A stretch of 64,000 nucleotides of DNA from assembly GCA_964451365.1 (NCBI GenBank), contig CAYVIB010000030.1, positions 4,789 to 68,788 of the forward strand, in the 5' to 3' direction. Origin of the DNA: an uncultured Cellvibrionaceae bacterium. Lineage in GTDB: Bacteria > Pseudomonadota > Gammaproteobacteria > Pseudomonadales > Cellvibrionaceae. The translations under genes were made by a program, and so were the position numbers. Below the pieces are notes generated by a model. The model saw only the letters and a list, made by a program, of their open reading frames with translations, was not told the origin of the DNA and searched no databases. This document shows positions 48,489 through 57,953 of the stretch, piece after piece (within the stretch, counting starts at the first letter, position 1; each line of letters opens with the position of its first letter).

Positions 48489-49457
48489 TTAGCTATCCAG
48501 ACAAACCCTGCCATCCTTTTCCAATCGAAAACGTGCCAGGTCATTAGCCATCTTCAGGTTGCCGCGATAAAACGCGCGTGCCTCGCGTTCCAGTTCGGCG
48601 ACACCGGGCGCGCCAGCATCGGTATGGCCATGATAACGGGCGCTGAAATGCGTCAGGATCAGGTTTTCAATCCCAACATCATCCGCGAACTTTGTAATCG
48701 CGGCCGCGGAGCTGTGTTTCGGCGCATTGCCTACCTTGTCGGCAACAGCCTGCGAATACGTTGCTTCGTGAATAAGCAGGTTGGCGTTTTCGCACGCGCC
48801 TTTCAACAGTGAAGGAGTGTCGTTATCGCCGCCGACCACTATTTTGCGCGGAGGTCGATTGCGCAGCAAAAAATTGTCCGGCATCAATACTCGGCCATCG
48901 GCGGTATGCGCAATTCGGCCCTGTTGCAGTTCGCCCCATTCAGGCCCGGGGGGCACGCCTTGCGCAAACAGTTTTTCTTTATCCAACTGGCACTCAACGT
49001 TGGTTTCAGTAAAGGAATAGGCATAGCTGGGTACTCGGTGCGACAAGGGCCATCGCTCGATTAACACATCGTTTGTTCGCCATGCATGTTCCAGTTGATC
49101 AACATCGACAAACTCAAGCTCATAGGAGAGATGGCTGTCTGTTGTGGATAATGCGGTGCCAACAAACACTTCGAGCTGTTGGGGGCCAATGATGGTCAGT
49201 TTGTTTTGTCGACCGGCCATGCTTGCGCTGGCGAGTAGTCCAGGCAAACCGAAACAGTGGTCGCCGTGAACATGGGTAATGCAGATGGCCGTAAGGGATG
49301 GCAGTGTATAGCGGGTACATAACAATTGGTGCTGCGTGCCTTCGCCGCAATCGACGAGATACCAGCCCTTGCTGTTGTCCATCCGTATGGCGAGGCCCGA
49401 CACATTCCGGTGGCGGGTGGGAATACCGGACGAGGTGCCTAAAAAAGTAAATTCCAT
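48489..49457 (-). CDS. rnz: Ribonuclease Z / RNase BN (metallo-beta-lactamase fold)
   Basis: 322 aa. MEFTFLGTSSGIPTRHRNVSGL...DCGEGTQHQLL...THVHGDHCFGLPGLL is collinear with E. coli ElaC/Rbn as recalled from memory. Confidence 0.85.
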   Translation of the reverse strand: MEFTFLGTSSGIPTRHRNVSGLAIRMDNSKGWYLVDCGEGTQHQLLCTRYTLPSLTAICITHVHGDHCFGLPGLLASASMAGRQNKLTIIGPQQLEVFVGTALSTTDSHLSYELEFVDVDQLEHAWRTNDVLIERWPLSHRVPSYAYSFTETNVECQLDKEKLFAQGVPPGPEWGELQQGRIAHTADGRVLMPDNFLLRNRPPRKIVVGGDNDTPSLLKGACENANLLIHEATYSQAVADKVGNAPKHSSAAAITKFADDVGIENLILTHFSARYHGHTDAGAPGVAELEREARAFYRGNLKMANDLARFRLEKDGRVCLDS

Positions 49458-49598
49458 GTTCGCCGCCGCGTAAGGTTAGAGGAAAACCTGTTGAGTAAAA
49501 AAGAAAGTTGAATGCAAGTTTACCCCGGGGTCGCAACGCTCCGCACGCTGTTGGCATTGCCGCCATCGACAGCCGTTGTTCTGCTTTACATTCAGCAA

Positions 49599-50423
49599 TC
49601 AGTCGGCAAAATGAGGCAGCGCGCCGAGATATTTCTTGCCGATACGCAACACTTTTCCGTTGGCGAGGTTGGCTTCCAGTCTCGCCCGGGACACGCTCTT
49701 TACCCGATCCAGATTGACAATGTGCGAACGGTGAATCCGGGCAAACCGGCGGGAATCGAGCCTGGCTTCGATGTTTTTCATCGTATTGCGCATCAGGAAC
49801 ATTCCGTCAGGCGTTTCCAGCTCCAGATAATTGCCGCTGGCGGTAATGCTCACAATTTCACAGCACCGCACGACGGCACGGCAGTTTCCCCTGTATACCG
49901 TAAAGGTTGCGCCCTGCCCCGCCGGTTCCGGCATATTCTGTTGGCGCTTCAGCCGCTCAATTTCCAGCCGGGCGGCGGAACGAAAGACATAAAAAGCCCC
50001 CATCCCCACCAGAAATGCCGTAACAAACAGGTAGCGCGGCAGAAAATAAACCAGGGTATGCAAAAAGGAATCATTGCCCACCACATAATCCGTCGCTATC
50101 CGGCCGGCGCCCAATAGCAATGTTGCAATCAGCAGTAACTTGATGATACCCAATCGGTTAGATTGGGCCAGGATGTTTTCCTTAATGGCAATGTAGGCAA
50201 GTATTGGGGATATCAGCGCCCAGGCCAGCCAGTCGATACTGACGCAGCTAACGGTGCCGATCAGGCTCGCGGGGTAGTCCCCGCCGATATAGAAAGCATA
50301 GAGATAACAGTAAAGAGCCGTGACGAGAATAAACAAAGTACAGAAAGCGCCGGTCAGGGTTATCGCCTGTCGTCGGCACAAGGACATATCCCGGGACGCT
50401 TCTACTGCTTCGCTCGTGAACAT
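49599..50423 (-). CDS. Membrane protein with C-terminal LytTR DNA-binding domain
   Basis: Several N-terminal TM helices are followed by ...LMRNTMKNIEARLDSRRFARIHRSHIVNLDRV (LytTR signature). Confidence 0.7.
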   Translation of the reverse strand: MFTSEAVEASRDMSLCRRQAITLTGAFCTLFILVTALYCYLYAFYIGGDYPASLIGTVSCVSIDWLAWALISPILAYIAIKENILAQSNRLGIIKLLLIATLLLGAGRIATDYVVGNDSFLHTLVYFLPRYLFVTAFLVGMGAFYVFRSAARLEIERLKRQQNMPEPAGQGATFTVYRGNCRAVVRCCEIVSITASGNYLELETPDGMFLMRNTMKNIEARLDSRRFARIHRSHIVNLDRVKSVSRARLEANLANGKVLRIGKKYLGALPHFAD

Positions 50424-50780
50424 GGATCGATCCCTTTTTTCATGGTTGTAAGTTTTTTTTTACTTTTATGGTGGTGTACGTCTATCCAGACCAAAATCAG
50501 GTCACTAAAGTTCAAGTCATCCCGCACCGCAACTCCCAACCCACCCCTCAGATTGGAGTGTATTTCATCACATCCAGCGGCCGTTCGTCACTATCGACCC
50601 GTTCCCGCCCCCTATTGATGCTGTTAATCCCAAACCGGTGGCAACCCGGCGCTGGAGACGGAAAATAGAACTGTTCACTGATTTTACCTTGTCACAAACA
50701 CGGCGCATGTATACAGATTCTTTCTCCTCGGGACGCTACAGATTGCCCTGCCGACCGATTGCGTTGGCAAGCGGCACCTG

Positions 50781-50820
50781 CTCTTACTCTTATTCTTACT
50801 CTTACTCTTCCTCTTACTCT
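50781..50820. repeat. Hexanucleotide tandem repeat (CTCTTA)x6.7
   Basis: ctctta ctctta ttctta ctctta ctcttc ctctta ctct, immediately upstream of the MATE-like ORF. Confidence 0.9.
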
Positions 50821-50876
50821 AGCCATTGCCGGGCCGGCCGCGCGGGAACCCCTGCCGAATTCAAACGGTGCCCGGC

Positions 50877-52208
50877 ATGATTTCCCAATTGCGCCTCAGG
50901 GCATCGCCCATGAAGTTCGCCCTGTTGGTGGTTACCCTGTCGAACGCCGTGGAGATCTACTACATCTCCAGCCTGGGAACCGAAAGCCTGGCGGTATTTA
51001 CCCACCTGTTACCCCTGCTCCTGATTTTTGACGCAATAGGAATTGGCCTGGGCGCCGGAGCTTCTTCGCTCTACGCCCGCCTCTTTTCATCGCCCGGCCT
51101 TCAGAAACGCGTCGCGCCGGTTGCGCTTCTTCTTTCCCTTGCCGGCACGGGGCTGCTTGCCCTGATGCTCTGGCTCTTCCGCGAACCACTGCTGACGGTT
51201 TTGCATTTAAAGCCAGACCACGTACAAGCCAACGCCTATCTGGGCTATTGGCTAGCCGGTTCGGTATGTCTTGTCACCAATATGACAGCCGCGGCACTGC
51301 TCCGGGCGGCCAACCAAAGCCGCCTGGCCGCCATCGGCCTTGCCACTGCCGCGGCGGTCAATATCGGCCTCGCACCCTTTCTTATCCACGGGCTGTGGGC
51401 GCCGGCATTGGGGCTGGCGGGCGCCGGACTGGCCCAGGCTATCGGCGCCGGCACTTGCAGCGTTCTGCTTTTTTCTTTTGTGGCAAAACAGAATGTTAAA
51501 AAGCTTACACGCGCTCTCCGGATAACGTTGAGGCCCGATCAATTCCTGCGTGTCGGCTACCCGATACTCAAAGTGGCATTGCCCGCGGCCCTAGCAAACT
51601 CAATGGTCCCCCTCGGCGCGCTTCTCGTTGTCCAGCTGTTGTCAGTCCACGGAACGCCTTACGTCGGGGCCTATGGGTTGGCCCTGCGCCTGGAAGCGCT
51701 GTGTCTCGTTATCTTTTATGCCTACTCCTCAGTCGCGGGGCCGTTGTTTGGCGAACGTCAAGTCAGGCACGGCCCGCGGCAATGTGGAATCGATATAAAA
51801 CAATGCACTACGTTGTGCGTTAGGCGGGGGCTGGTCCTGGCGCTCCTGCTGGCGCCGGCAACCCTGGCATTTCCGCTGTGGCCAACGGCGTGCACCGATG
51901 TGATCCCCGCTTTAAGCCACTACTTCTGGTGGGTTCCCGTGAGCTATGGCGCCTATGGGCTTGTTATGGTAGCCAACGCGGCCTTCAATGGTGTCGGGGT
52001 ACCACTTTATGGCCTGGCCATTTCTTTCCTGCGGTGCATCGGCCTGCTGTTACCCTTGGCGTGGTTGATGGGTGAAACCGCGGGAGGCGACGGCATATGG
52101 ATGGCCATCAGCCTGGCCAACATTCTGGCGGCGATCCTGGCTTATCACCTTTTATTGCACGCGATCCACAGCGCACCAAAACCTGTTACCGGAAAACTTG
52201 TCTTGTAA
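50877..52208 (+). CDS. MATE/MOP-superfamily efflux transporter (start uncertain: 50826 or 50877)
   Basis: About 440-460 aa and hydrophobic throughout (about 12 predicted helices). N-terminal pattern VEIYYISSLGTESLAVF...GIGLGAGASSL resembles MATE repeats. Confidence 0.6.
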   Translation: MISQLRLRASPMKFALLVVTLSNAVEIYYISSLGTESLAVFTHLLPLLLIFDAIGIGLGAGASSLYARLFSSPGLQKRVAPVALLLSLAGTGLLALMLWLFREPLLTVLHLKPDHVQANAYLGYWLAGSVCLVTNMTAAALLRAANQSRLAAIGLATAAAVNIGLAPFLIHGLWAPALGLAGAGLAQAIGAGTCSVLLFSFVAKQNVKKLTRALRITLRPDQFLRVGYPILKVALPAALANSMVPLGALLVVQLLSVHGTPYVGAYGLALRLEALCLVIFYAYSSVAGPLFGERQVRHGPRQCGIDIKQCTTLCVRRGLVLALLLAPATLAFPLWPTACTDVIPALSHYFWWVPVSYGAYGLVMVANAAFNGVGVPLYGLAISFLRCIGLLLPLAWLMGETAGGDGIWMAISLANILAAILAYHLLLHAIHSAPKPVTGKLVL

Positions 52209-52229
52209 AATGAAAAAGAGGAAAAAACG

Positions 52230-53003
52230 ATGCTTAACAAAATAAACGCTTCCCTCCTGGCCGTGGCTTTCACACTTGCGACGGTCACCGCCTCCGCCGA
52301 TGACGCCAAACGCCTCTCGTCCACGAAGGAGCAACTCACCAATGCGGTCAACAGCAAAAACCGCCCCGAGGAGGATATTGCCAGGGACGCCAACAGACTG
52401 CCCCTGGAAACCCTGCTGTTCTTCGGCTTCCGCGACGATATGCGGGTATTGGATATTCTCCCCGGCGGCGGTTACTACACCCGCATCCTGGCCCCGGCGC
52501 TGGCGAAAAAAGGCGAGCTCTACCTGACCATAGGCACGGGCTACCTGGCGGACTCACTGCTGAAAGAAAAAGAATACCGGCACGTAAAAATTGTTTCCGA
52601 AGATACCACCGTGCAACGACCCGAAGGCGCCCGCTACTACGAAATGAACAAGTTGAACCTGGACCTGAAAAACCTGGACATGGTCACCAGCTTCCGCGCC
52701 TACCACCTGTTCGATGACGAAGACCGGGCCGCCTTGAACCGGGAAGTCCACAAGACACTCAAACCCGGCGGCATCTACGCCGTAATCGACCACACCCGCC
52801 GCCACGGCGAGCCGGAAACAGAAGAAAATCGCCGTCGCTTCGACCCGGTGAAAGCCATCAAGGAAATCGAAGCTGCCGGGTTCGACCTTGTGGACTATTC
52901 AGACATGCATTATCGGCCGGTGGATGATTTGACGCTGGAAGTGGGCCACGAGTCGGTGACGGGGCAGACTGACCGGTGGGTGTTGAAGTTTGTTAAGGAG
53001 TAG
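52230..53003 (+). CDS. Class I SAM-dependent methyltransferase-like protein with signal peptide
   Basis: Signal-like MLNKINASLLAVAFTLATVTASA and glycine-rich motif I VLDILPGGGYYTRIL. An AGAGGA RBS is present. It starts 21 nt after the MATE-like stop. Confidence 0.65.
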   Translation: MLNKINASLLAVAFTLATVTASADDAKRLSSTKEQLTNAVNSKNRPEEDIARDANRLPLETLLFFGFRDDMRVLDILPGGGYYTRILAPALAKKGELYLTIGTGYLADSLLKEKEYRHVKIVSEDTTVQRPEGARYYEMNKLNLDLKNLDMVTSFRAYHLFDDEDRAALNREVHKTLKPGGIYAVIDHTRRHGEPETEENRRRFDPVKAIKEIEAAGFDLVDYSDMHYRPVDDLTLEVGHESVTGQTDRWVLKFVKE

Positions 53004-53023
53004 GTTTGGCCGGGAAATGTTTG

Positions 53024-53052
53024 GCGTGGCGGAGTTTGAGACTCCGCCACGC
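53024..53052 (+). terminator. 12-bp perfect GC-rich hairpin after the methyltransferase-like gene
   Basis: GCGTGGCGGAGT, loop ttgag, ACTCCGCCACGC. No U-tract, so it could equally be a REP-like element. Confidence 0.45.
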
Positions 53053-53158
53053 TATGCGGAGGATCCCACAGCGCCAGGTTGCCTCCGGTAATACAGAACT
53101 TTTTTGGCGAAATTCCCTCCAGATAAAATTCACGGTTGACTTGGCCTCCCAACGCGAT

Positions 53159-53178
53159 TACTGTATGTAAAAACAGTA
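53159..53178 (+). promoter_or_regulatory. LexA (SOS) box
   Basis: TACTGTATGTAAAAACAGTA matches TACTGT-N8-ACAGTA. It ends 19 nt upstream of the yebG-like start. Confidence 0.75.
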
Positions 53179-53196
53179 TCAACGTGGAGAAAAGTT

Positions 53197-53496
53197 ATGG
53201 CAGTAATCGCCGTATGGAAATGTGATCGGGATGGGAAAATGTTTGATGATAAAAAAGCCGCGGAAGCGCACGATAAAATGCTGGAGCTGGCCGCCAACAT
53301 TACACAGCTGATCGAATCCTCGATTCGCGGCATCAACGAACAACACAGCGAAGCCATCGGCCTGCTGTTGGCGGAGCGCAGCGAGCAACTGGTCAAAGCC
53401 TGTAAGGGCAGGCCGGAAGTGCTTCTGGAGGAATTGGGCAACAAAAATTCCGGCAGCAATGTCGCGGAACTCTCGAGTGCCGCCGCGACGGGCTAA
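53197..53496 (+). CDS. yebG: YebG-family DNA-damage-inducible protein
   Basis: 99 aa. MAVIAVWKCDRDGKMFDDKKAAEAHDKMLELA parallels E. coli YebG MAVEVKYVV..EKMSFTSKKEADAYDKMLDTA (from memory). It has an SOS box upstream and a GGAGA RBS. Confidence 0.7.
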   Translation: MAVIAVWKCDRDGKMFDDKKAAEAHDKMLELAANITQLIESSIRGINEQHSEAIGLLLAERSEQLVKACKGRPEVLLEELGNKNSGSNVAELSSAAATG

Positions 53497-53536
53497 ATGA
53501 GCAACACAGAATACAGATAGATTTTTACATTGCTCA

Positions 53537-53565
53537 CAAAAAGCCCTACCAAGCAGGGCTTTTTA
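53537..53565. terminator. Rho-independent (bidirectional) terminator
   Basis: AAAAAGCCCT, loop accaagc, AGGGCTTTTT, with A-run and T-run flanks. Confidence 0.7.
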
Positions 53566-53782
53566 ATGAATTAATTCTGTACACTCACTGCAACTTACCT
53601 ACAAATGACTGTCAGCTCCGGCTCGCCTGAACCATGGAAAGTGGGATCTGCGTAAGTGGAATCTGCGTAGTAGCCACATGAACCGCAAAAGGCCTCGATG
53701 GCATCGATAGGATGAATACAACGTTTACTGACGAAACGCAAAATAGGGAGTCACCTCTATTATTTGAGTCTCGACAAGAGAA

Positions 53783-55132
53783 TCAGGAAGCTTTGCGATG
53801 GCGCAACTCGCTGCAAACGCGGTTGCGATTGAGCCTTTTGGCTTCATACAGCGCCATATCGGCTTTCTTGAACAGGTGGTCCAGATTCGCTTCAGTCATG
53901 GTGGCCACGCCGAAACTGGCAGTGATGGCCTCACCTCGATAACGCAGGTGAGCCTCAATCTCTTGCCGCAGATTTTCCGCAGCCTGAACCGCCTGGTCTA
54001 GTCCGGTGTCCGGACACACCAGCACAAACTCTTCACCGCCCCAACGTGCCAGTGCATCCGTGCGGCGAACGTATCGGGCCATAAGCTCGGCTGCATTCCG
54101 CAGAATTTCGTCGCCAACGTCATGACCGTAGCTGTCATTTATCCGCTTGAAGTTATCCAGGTCGATGATGATAAACGAGAAAGGCGTGCCCTTACTCCGC
54201 CAGTCCATAAGCGCCTGGTGGAGAAGGTTGCGAATGCCGACGCGGTTGCGAAGTCCGGTCAGGTCATCGGTTTTAGCCATATCTTCATAACGGCGGGATT
54301 CCAGGTTCAGTGATGCATTGATCGCCAGCAACTCTTCCTGATACTGCCGTTGCCTGTTCAACTCAACTTTCATTTTGAACAGGCGGTACACCAGTATGCC
54401 AAAGATAAACACTGCCCAGGCGACAATAACGGCCTGATAGAGCCCGGCCTGGGATATTACCTGCCCGCTCCAGGCAATCTTCCTGAGCTGGATTTCATGG
54501 GTACCGGAACGATCCGTCGAGCCCGTCTGCACTTCCACGATCGACACCTCATTAAACTCCGGGTGCGAGCGGTCCATTGGAATCTTCCCGCCGATCAGCC
54601 ACCAGGTTGCAACGGTGAAGTCGGACATATTCAGCTCGAGCCCCTTGGCAAGTTCGGCCACGGGTACTTCCACCTCGTTGTATTTGGTTGATATCCCAAC
54701 TGCGGGAGTGTAATAGTCCGGGTGTCGGTTGCGCAGGTAGATGCGCAAATGGGTGGCGCTGCCGCGATAGTCGGCCCAGATGGTCATCGTGCTGAACTTG
54801 CTAAAGTCGATGCCCTTGTCATTCGCATCCGTCACGTCCAATTGCAGGCTGCAGAACGGGGTTTGATAAGCCCCCCCCAAATTGCACCGCCAGCGCTGGG
54901 TTTTCTCATCCACCCATTCCACCTGGCTGTCGCCTCCGAAAACTCGGTCATCAACCAGGATGGCAGAGTAATTCGTCGGGACGAATTCGAACGACGTGCG
55001 CAGACGCTCCGAGGGGATAAATATAACGGCGAGAGACACCAAGGCCATAACAACCAAGGCCAGCTCAAGCCGGGAAAGGAGCCTGACGGGGCGCAGGCCT
55101 ACGCTCATAAAAGGTACCACGAGTGAATCCAA
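53783..55132 (-). CDS. Diguanylate cyclase (GGDEF) with N-terminal periplasmic/TM sensor region
   Basis: 449 aa with two TM segments flanking a ~190-aa loop. The C-terminal GGDEF domain has RWGGEEFVLV and DLDNFKRINDSYGH. Confidence 0.85.
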   Translation of the reverse strand: MDSLVVPFMSVGLRPVRLLSRLELALVVMALVSLAVIFIPSERLRTSFEFVPTNYSAILVDDRVFGGDSQVEWVDEKTQRWRCNLGGAYQTPFCSLQLDVTDANDKGIDFSKFSTMTIWADYRGSATHLRIYLRNRHPDYYTPAVGISTKYNEVEVPVAELAKGLELNMSDFTVATWWLIGGKIPMDRSHPEFNEVSIVEVQTGSTDRSGTHEIQLRKIAWSGQVISQAGLYQAVIVAWAVFIFGILVYRLFKMKVELNRQRQYQEELLAINASLNLESRRYEDMAKTDDLTGLRNRVGIRNLLHQALMDWRSKGTPFSFIIIDLDNFKRINDSYGHDVGDEILRNAAELMARYVRRTDALARWGGEEFVLVCPDTGLDQAVQAAENLRQEIEAHLRYRGEAITASFGVATMTEANLDHLFKKADMALYEAKRLNRNRVCSELRHRKAS

Positions 55133-55487
55133 ACACTTTTTGAGTATAGGCGACGAACCTGGTGGTTGCTAAATAAGTCGTGCTCCCAGGATGGGCTATA
55201 ACCACCGTACCGCGGCTGCCCGGGACCGCAATGCAAGGGGGCTCCCACCTTCGGAATAATCGGTAATAGTCAGATCAGTCTTGCTTATTACACGATGGCC
55301 GGAGAGATTGTTTTCTAGTGCCCGCTACCATGTTATGTCCTCTGACTTTAAAGTAACGAGCTCCCTTTCCACAGCTTGCAACAGCTCCAACTGTGCCTTG
55401 CCCGGTTCCCCATCCAACCCACTGAACAAGACTTTCGTCGTAAATGTCGAATCGCACCCTACCTCAGATAACCATCACTAAAGGCTT

Positions 55488-56318
55488 TCAGCAGCAACGC
55501 CTTCCTGGCATATAGATGGTTTGCAATTCTTGGGCACATTTCTTCGACCAGACGTTCAAAAGACAGGTTAGGAAGTTCGCTTCCCAAAACTTTAGTGATT
55601 GCTTCATAGGTATTTCGACTGGAAATTTCCCTGGCATGCGAACCCAGAAGTTCTTAGTGTTATGTGCGTGCGGGTTACTGTAGGGTATCTGGATAATGGC
55701 CGAGGCCATGGTATTGGCCGTATACATCCCCCCGCACGAACCCGCACCGGGAATCGCCGTCTCCTCGATCTGCTTGACCTCAATCAGATCCAGTTTGCCC
55801 TGCGCGTGAGCACCCACTGCCTCGAACACGGAAATAATGTCGGTGTGATTTTCGCCCGGCAAAATGGTCCCGCCGTAAACGAAGATAGCGGGCCGGTTCA
55901 GACGCGCCAGCCCCATCATGCAACCCGGCATGTTTTTATCGCAGCCACCAATGGCCACCAGTGCGTCAAAACCCTCGCACCCGGCCACCGTCTCGATGGA
56001 ATCGGCAATCACCTCGCGCGACACCAGCGAATACTTCATCCCCTCGGTGCCATTGGCGATGCCATCCGACACCGTGATGGTATTGAAGATCAGGGACTTG
56101 CCCCCGGCCGCATCGGCACCCGCCGCCGACTCTTCCGCCAGCCGGTTAATGTGCATGTTGCAGGGCGTGAGATTACTCCAGGTAGAAGCAATGCCCACCT
56201 GAGGCTTGCGAAAGTCCTCGTCGGTAAAACCCACCGCTCTCAACATGGCTCGGCTGGCAGACTTGCCAATGCCGTCTACTACCGGGGATGAATAACGGCG
56301 GCGCTTGTCTTTGCTCAT
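55488..56318 (-). pseudogene. ilvD: Dihydroxy-acid dehydratase, 5' fragment only (3'-truncated)
   Basis: The first ~205 aa are clearly IlvD (PCNMHI..., [25 protein letters not shown]). Similarity stops near 55690-55700 and is replaced by an unrelated 65-aa tail. Full-length IlvD is about 560-615 aa. Confidence 0.8.
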
Positions 56319-56912
56319 TGATAGCCTCTAATCGGGTTAGTTGGTGCCGTCAGAATTGCAGAATCATTACCGCTCAGCAACCCCATCATACCCAATCAAC
56401 CCAGTCCCTCAGCGATCTGCTGGATCTGAAGCACCTGTCGTACGATGATCGCACTCAAGCCGGCCATTCAGTTTGCATTGCCTGATAACCACTGGAGCTA
56501 ATGTGGGTGGAGCTAACGTGGGTGTCTGGGTAAGTGCCCCTTCGCAACAAGATAGATCGGTTAAAAAATAACTGGGAGAGGTGAGGCACGAAAATGCACG
56601 ACTTAAGCATGCCTTAGAAAAGGAAAGGGGTAAGGCTGAGCATTACCGGAAAAAGTGGATTAGTGCCAGAAGCGCTACCGGCAAAACTACAAATTGAAAA
56701 AGTTAGGCTAGCATGAAAACGCTGGCATGCAGGATACGGCTGAAAGAGGGCCTGCGGGACGGGCCTCACGCCCGGTACCCAGTAGAGTTAGAGTGCGTTT
56801 TCACCAATTTGAAAACTTATTAGTCGTTCTTCCGCCACTTCTTTCTGTGCCCACACAAGCAAAGAAGTTAAACACTTAATTGATAAATTTTAGTTTCCAC
56901 CCTTTTTCTTTT

Positions 56913-57953
56913 TTATTCTTTGCTATCCGCTGCTATGGGTGGAAGCTCCATTTCATGTTTGGACAAGATCACATCCAACTCATTAGCCTTTTCTGTTAGC
57001 CCGCTAAGTACGAGAGCTTTATTTTTTCGAGCATCAAAAATACAGGCAAAGCAGGCGTCTGTGTGTTGATTTCTATAGCCATTAGACTGTACAACCCCTT
57101 TAATTGCCCACTTTAAATTAGCGTTTTCTGAGTTGGTTGGCGCTAATACTTTTAGCTCCAAAATTGTTGTCACGGGGTTGGATCCTGTGGCTGATAATCT
57201 CACGATACGAATATCCATTCTTCCGCCAGGATTACCGATTTCCTCATCTACCACTATAGATCCAGTTCTCAGGAGAGCCTTAAAATGAATCAGAAGTCCT
57301 GATTGAATATGTAACTCTGGCAACTGGTGCTTTTTGAAACAAACGGACTTTGTATCCCACATAAGTCTTGCAATCGTAGCTCTATGCGTTTTCGTGCATT
57401 CGTCGTGGAACTCTTCGACGTACTTTTGAATGATCTCAGGATTTATTTCTTGTGTCGAATTATCGAAAGTCTTAGTGTATGGAGCCTCGCACCATTCGTC
57501 TATACGCTCGCCTTTACAGTGAATAAACATTCTTCTCTGAGCAAGCAAGATAACAACAAAAGTGCTGTTTTCGCTAAAATATTTCGAGACGAACCGGAGA
57601 GCATCATTGATGTCGCTAAAGCTTGGCACATATTCATAAATGATTTGCAGGTTTTCATTGCACACCGAAAGTCCGTCACCTAAACTCGTGCTGCTTCTGA
57701 AGAGTTTTTTTGGATCGCTGTTAGAGCTTGCAAAACCAGGATCTACTTTTGGTGATTCAGAATATAAGAGCACTAGCGCAGAATTGGGTTTAAGTGACTC
57801 GCAGTTCACCATATTTGATTGAATATCAAGCCAGCCACGGTAATACTCGATGCAAGACTGGATAAATCGGTCCTCAGGCGAACCCGAAATGCCAGGTAGC
57901 TCAAAGCTCAAAGTCTCGAGCTCTGATTGGCTAAAGGAGCTCGTAGTAGACAT
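56913..57953 (-). CDS. Predicted effector: unknown N-terminal domain + C-terminal PD-(D/E)xK nuclease-like core
   Basis: 346 aa. GRMDIRIV (D at about 57213) is followed 17 residues later by TTILELKVL (ExK, about 57146-57175), then VVQSNGY. The start overlaps the upstream stop (TAATG). Confidence 0.5.
   Translation of the reverse strand: MSTTSSFSQSELETLSFELPGISGSPEDRFIQSCIEYYRGWLDIQSNMVNCESLKPNSALVLLYSESPKVDPGFASSNSDPKKLFRSSTSLGDGLSVCNENLQIIYEYVPSFSDINDALRFVSKYFSENSTFVVILLAQRRMFIHCKGERIDEWCEAPYTKTFDNSTQEINPEIIQKYVEEFHDECTKTHRATIARLMWDTKSVCFKKHQLPELHIQSGLLIHFKALLRTGSIVVDEEIGNPGGRMDIRIVRLSATGSNPVTTILELKVLAPTNSENANLKWAIKGVVQSNGYRNQHTDACFACIFDARKNKALVLSGLTEKANELDVILSKHEMELPPIAADSKE

Noticed and set aside
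49120-50117. ORFs 49120..49566 (-) and 49512..50117 (+)
   Set aside because: The first overlaps the RNase Z start region out of frame. The second is antisense to the LytTR gene. Neither has motifs.
50638-50880. 80-aa ORF containing SYSYSYSSSYSS
   Set aside because: The peptide is simply the translation of the CTCTTA hexamer tract. There is no RBS or other support.
55599-56291. 230-aa plus-strand ORF
   Set aside because: It is antisense to the ilvD fragment. It is Arg/His/Gly-rich with no motifs.
56575-56700. Short frame reading ENARLKHALEKERGKAEHYRKKWISARSATGKTTN, a possible IS/transposase OrfA remnant
   Set aside because: It is only about 35 codons long, has no start and no flanking inverted repeats, and its resemblance to IS3-type leucine-zipper regions is too weak to call without a database search.
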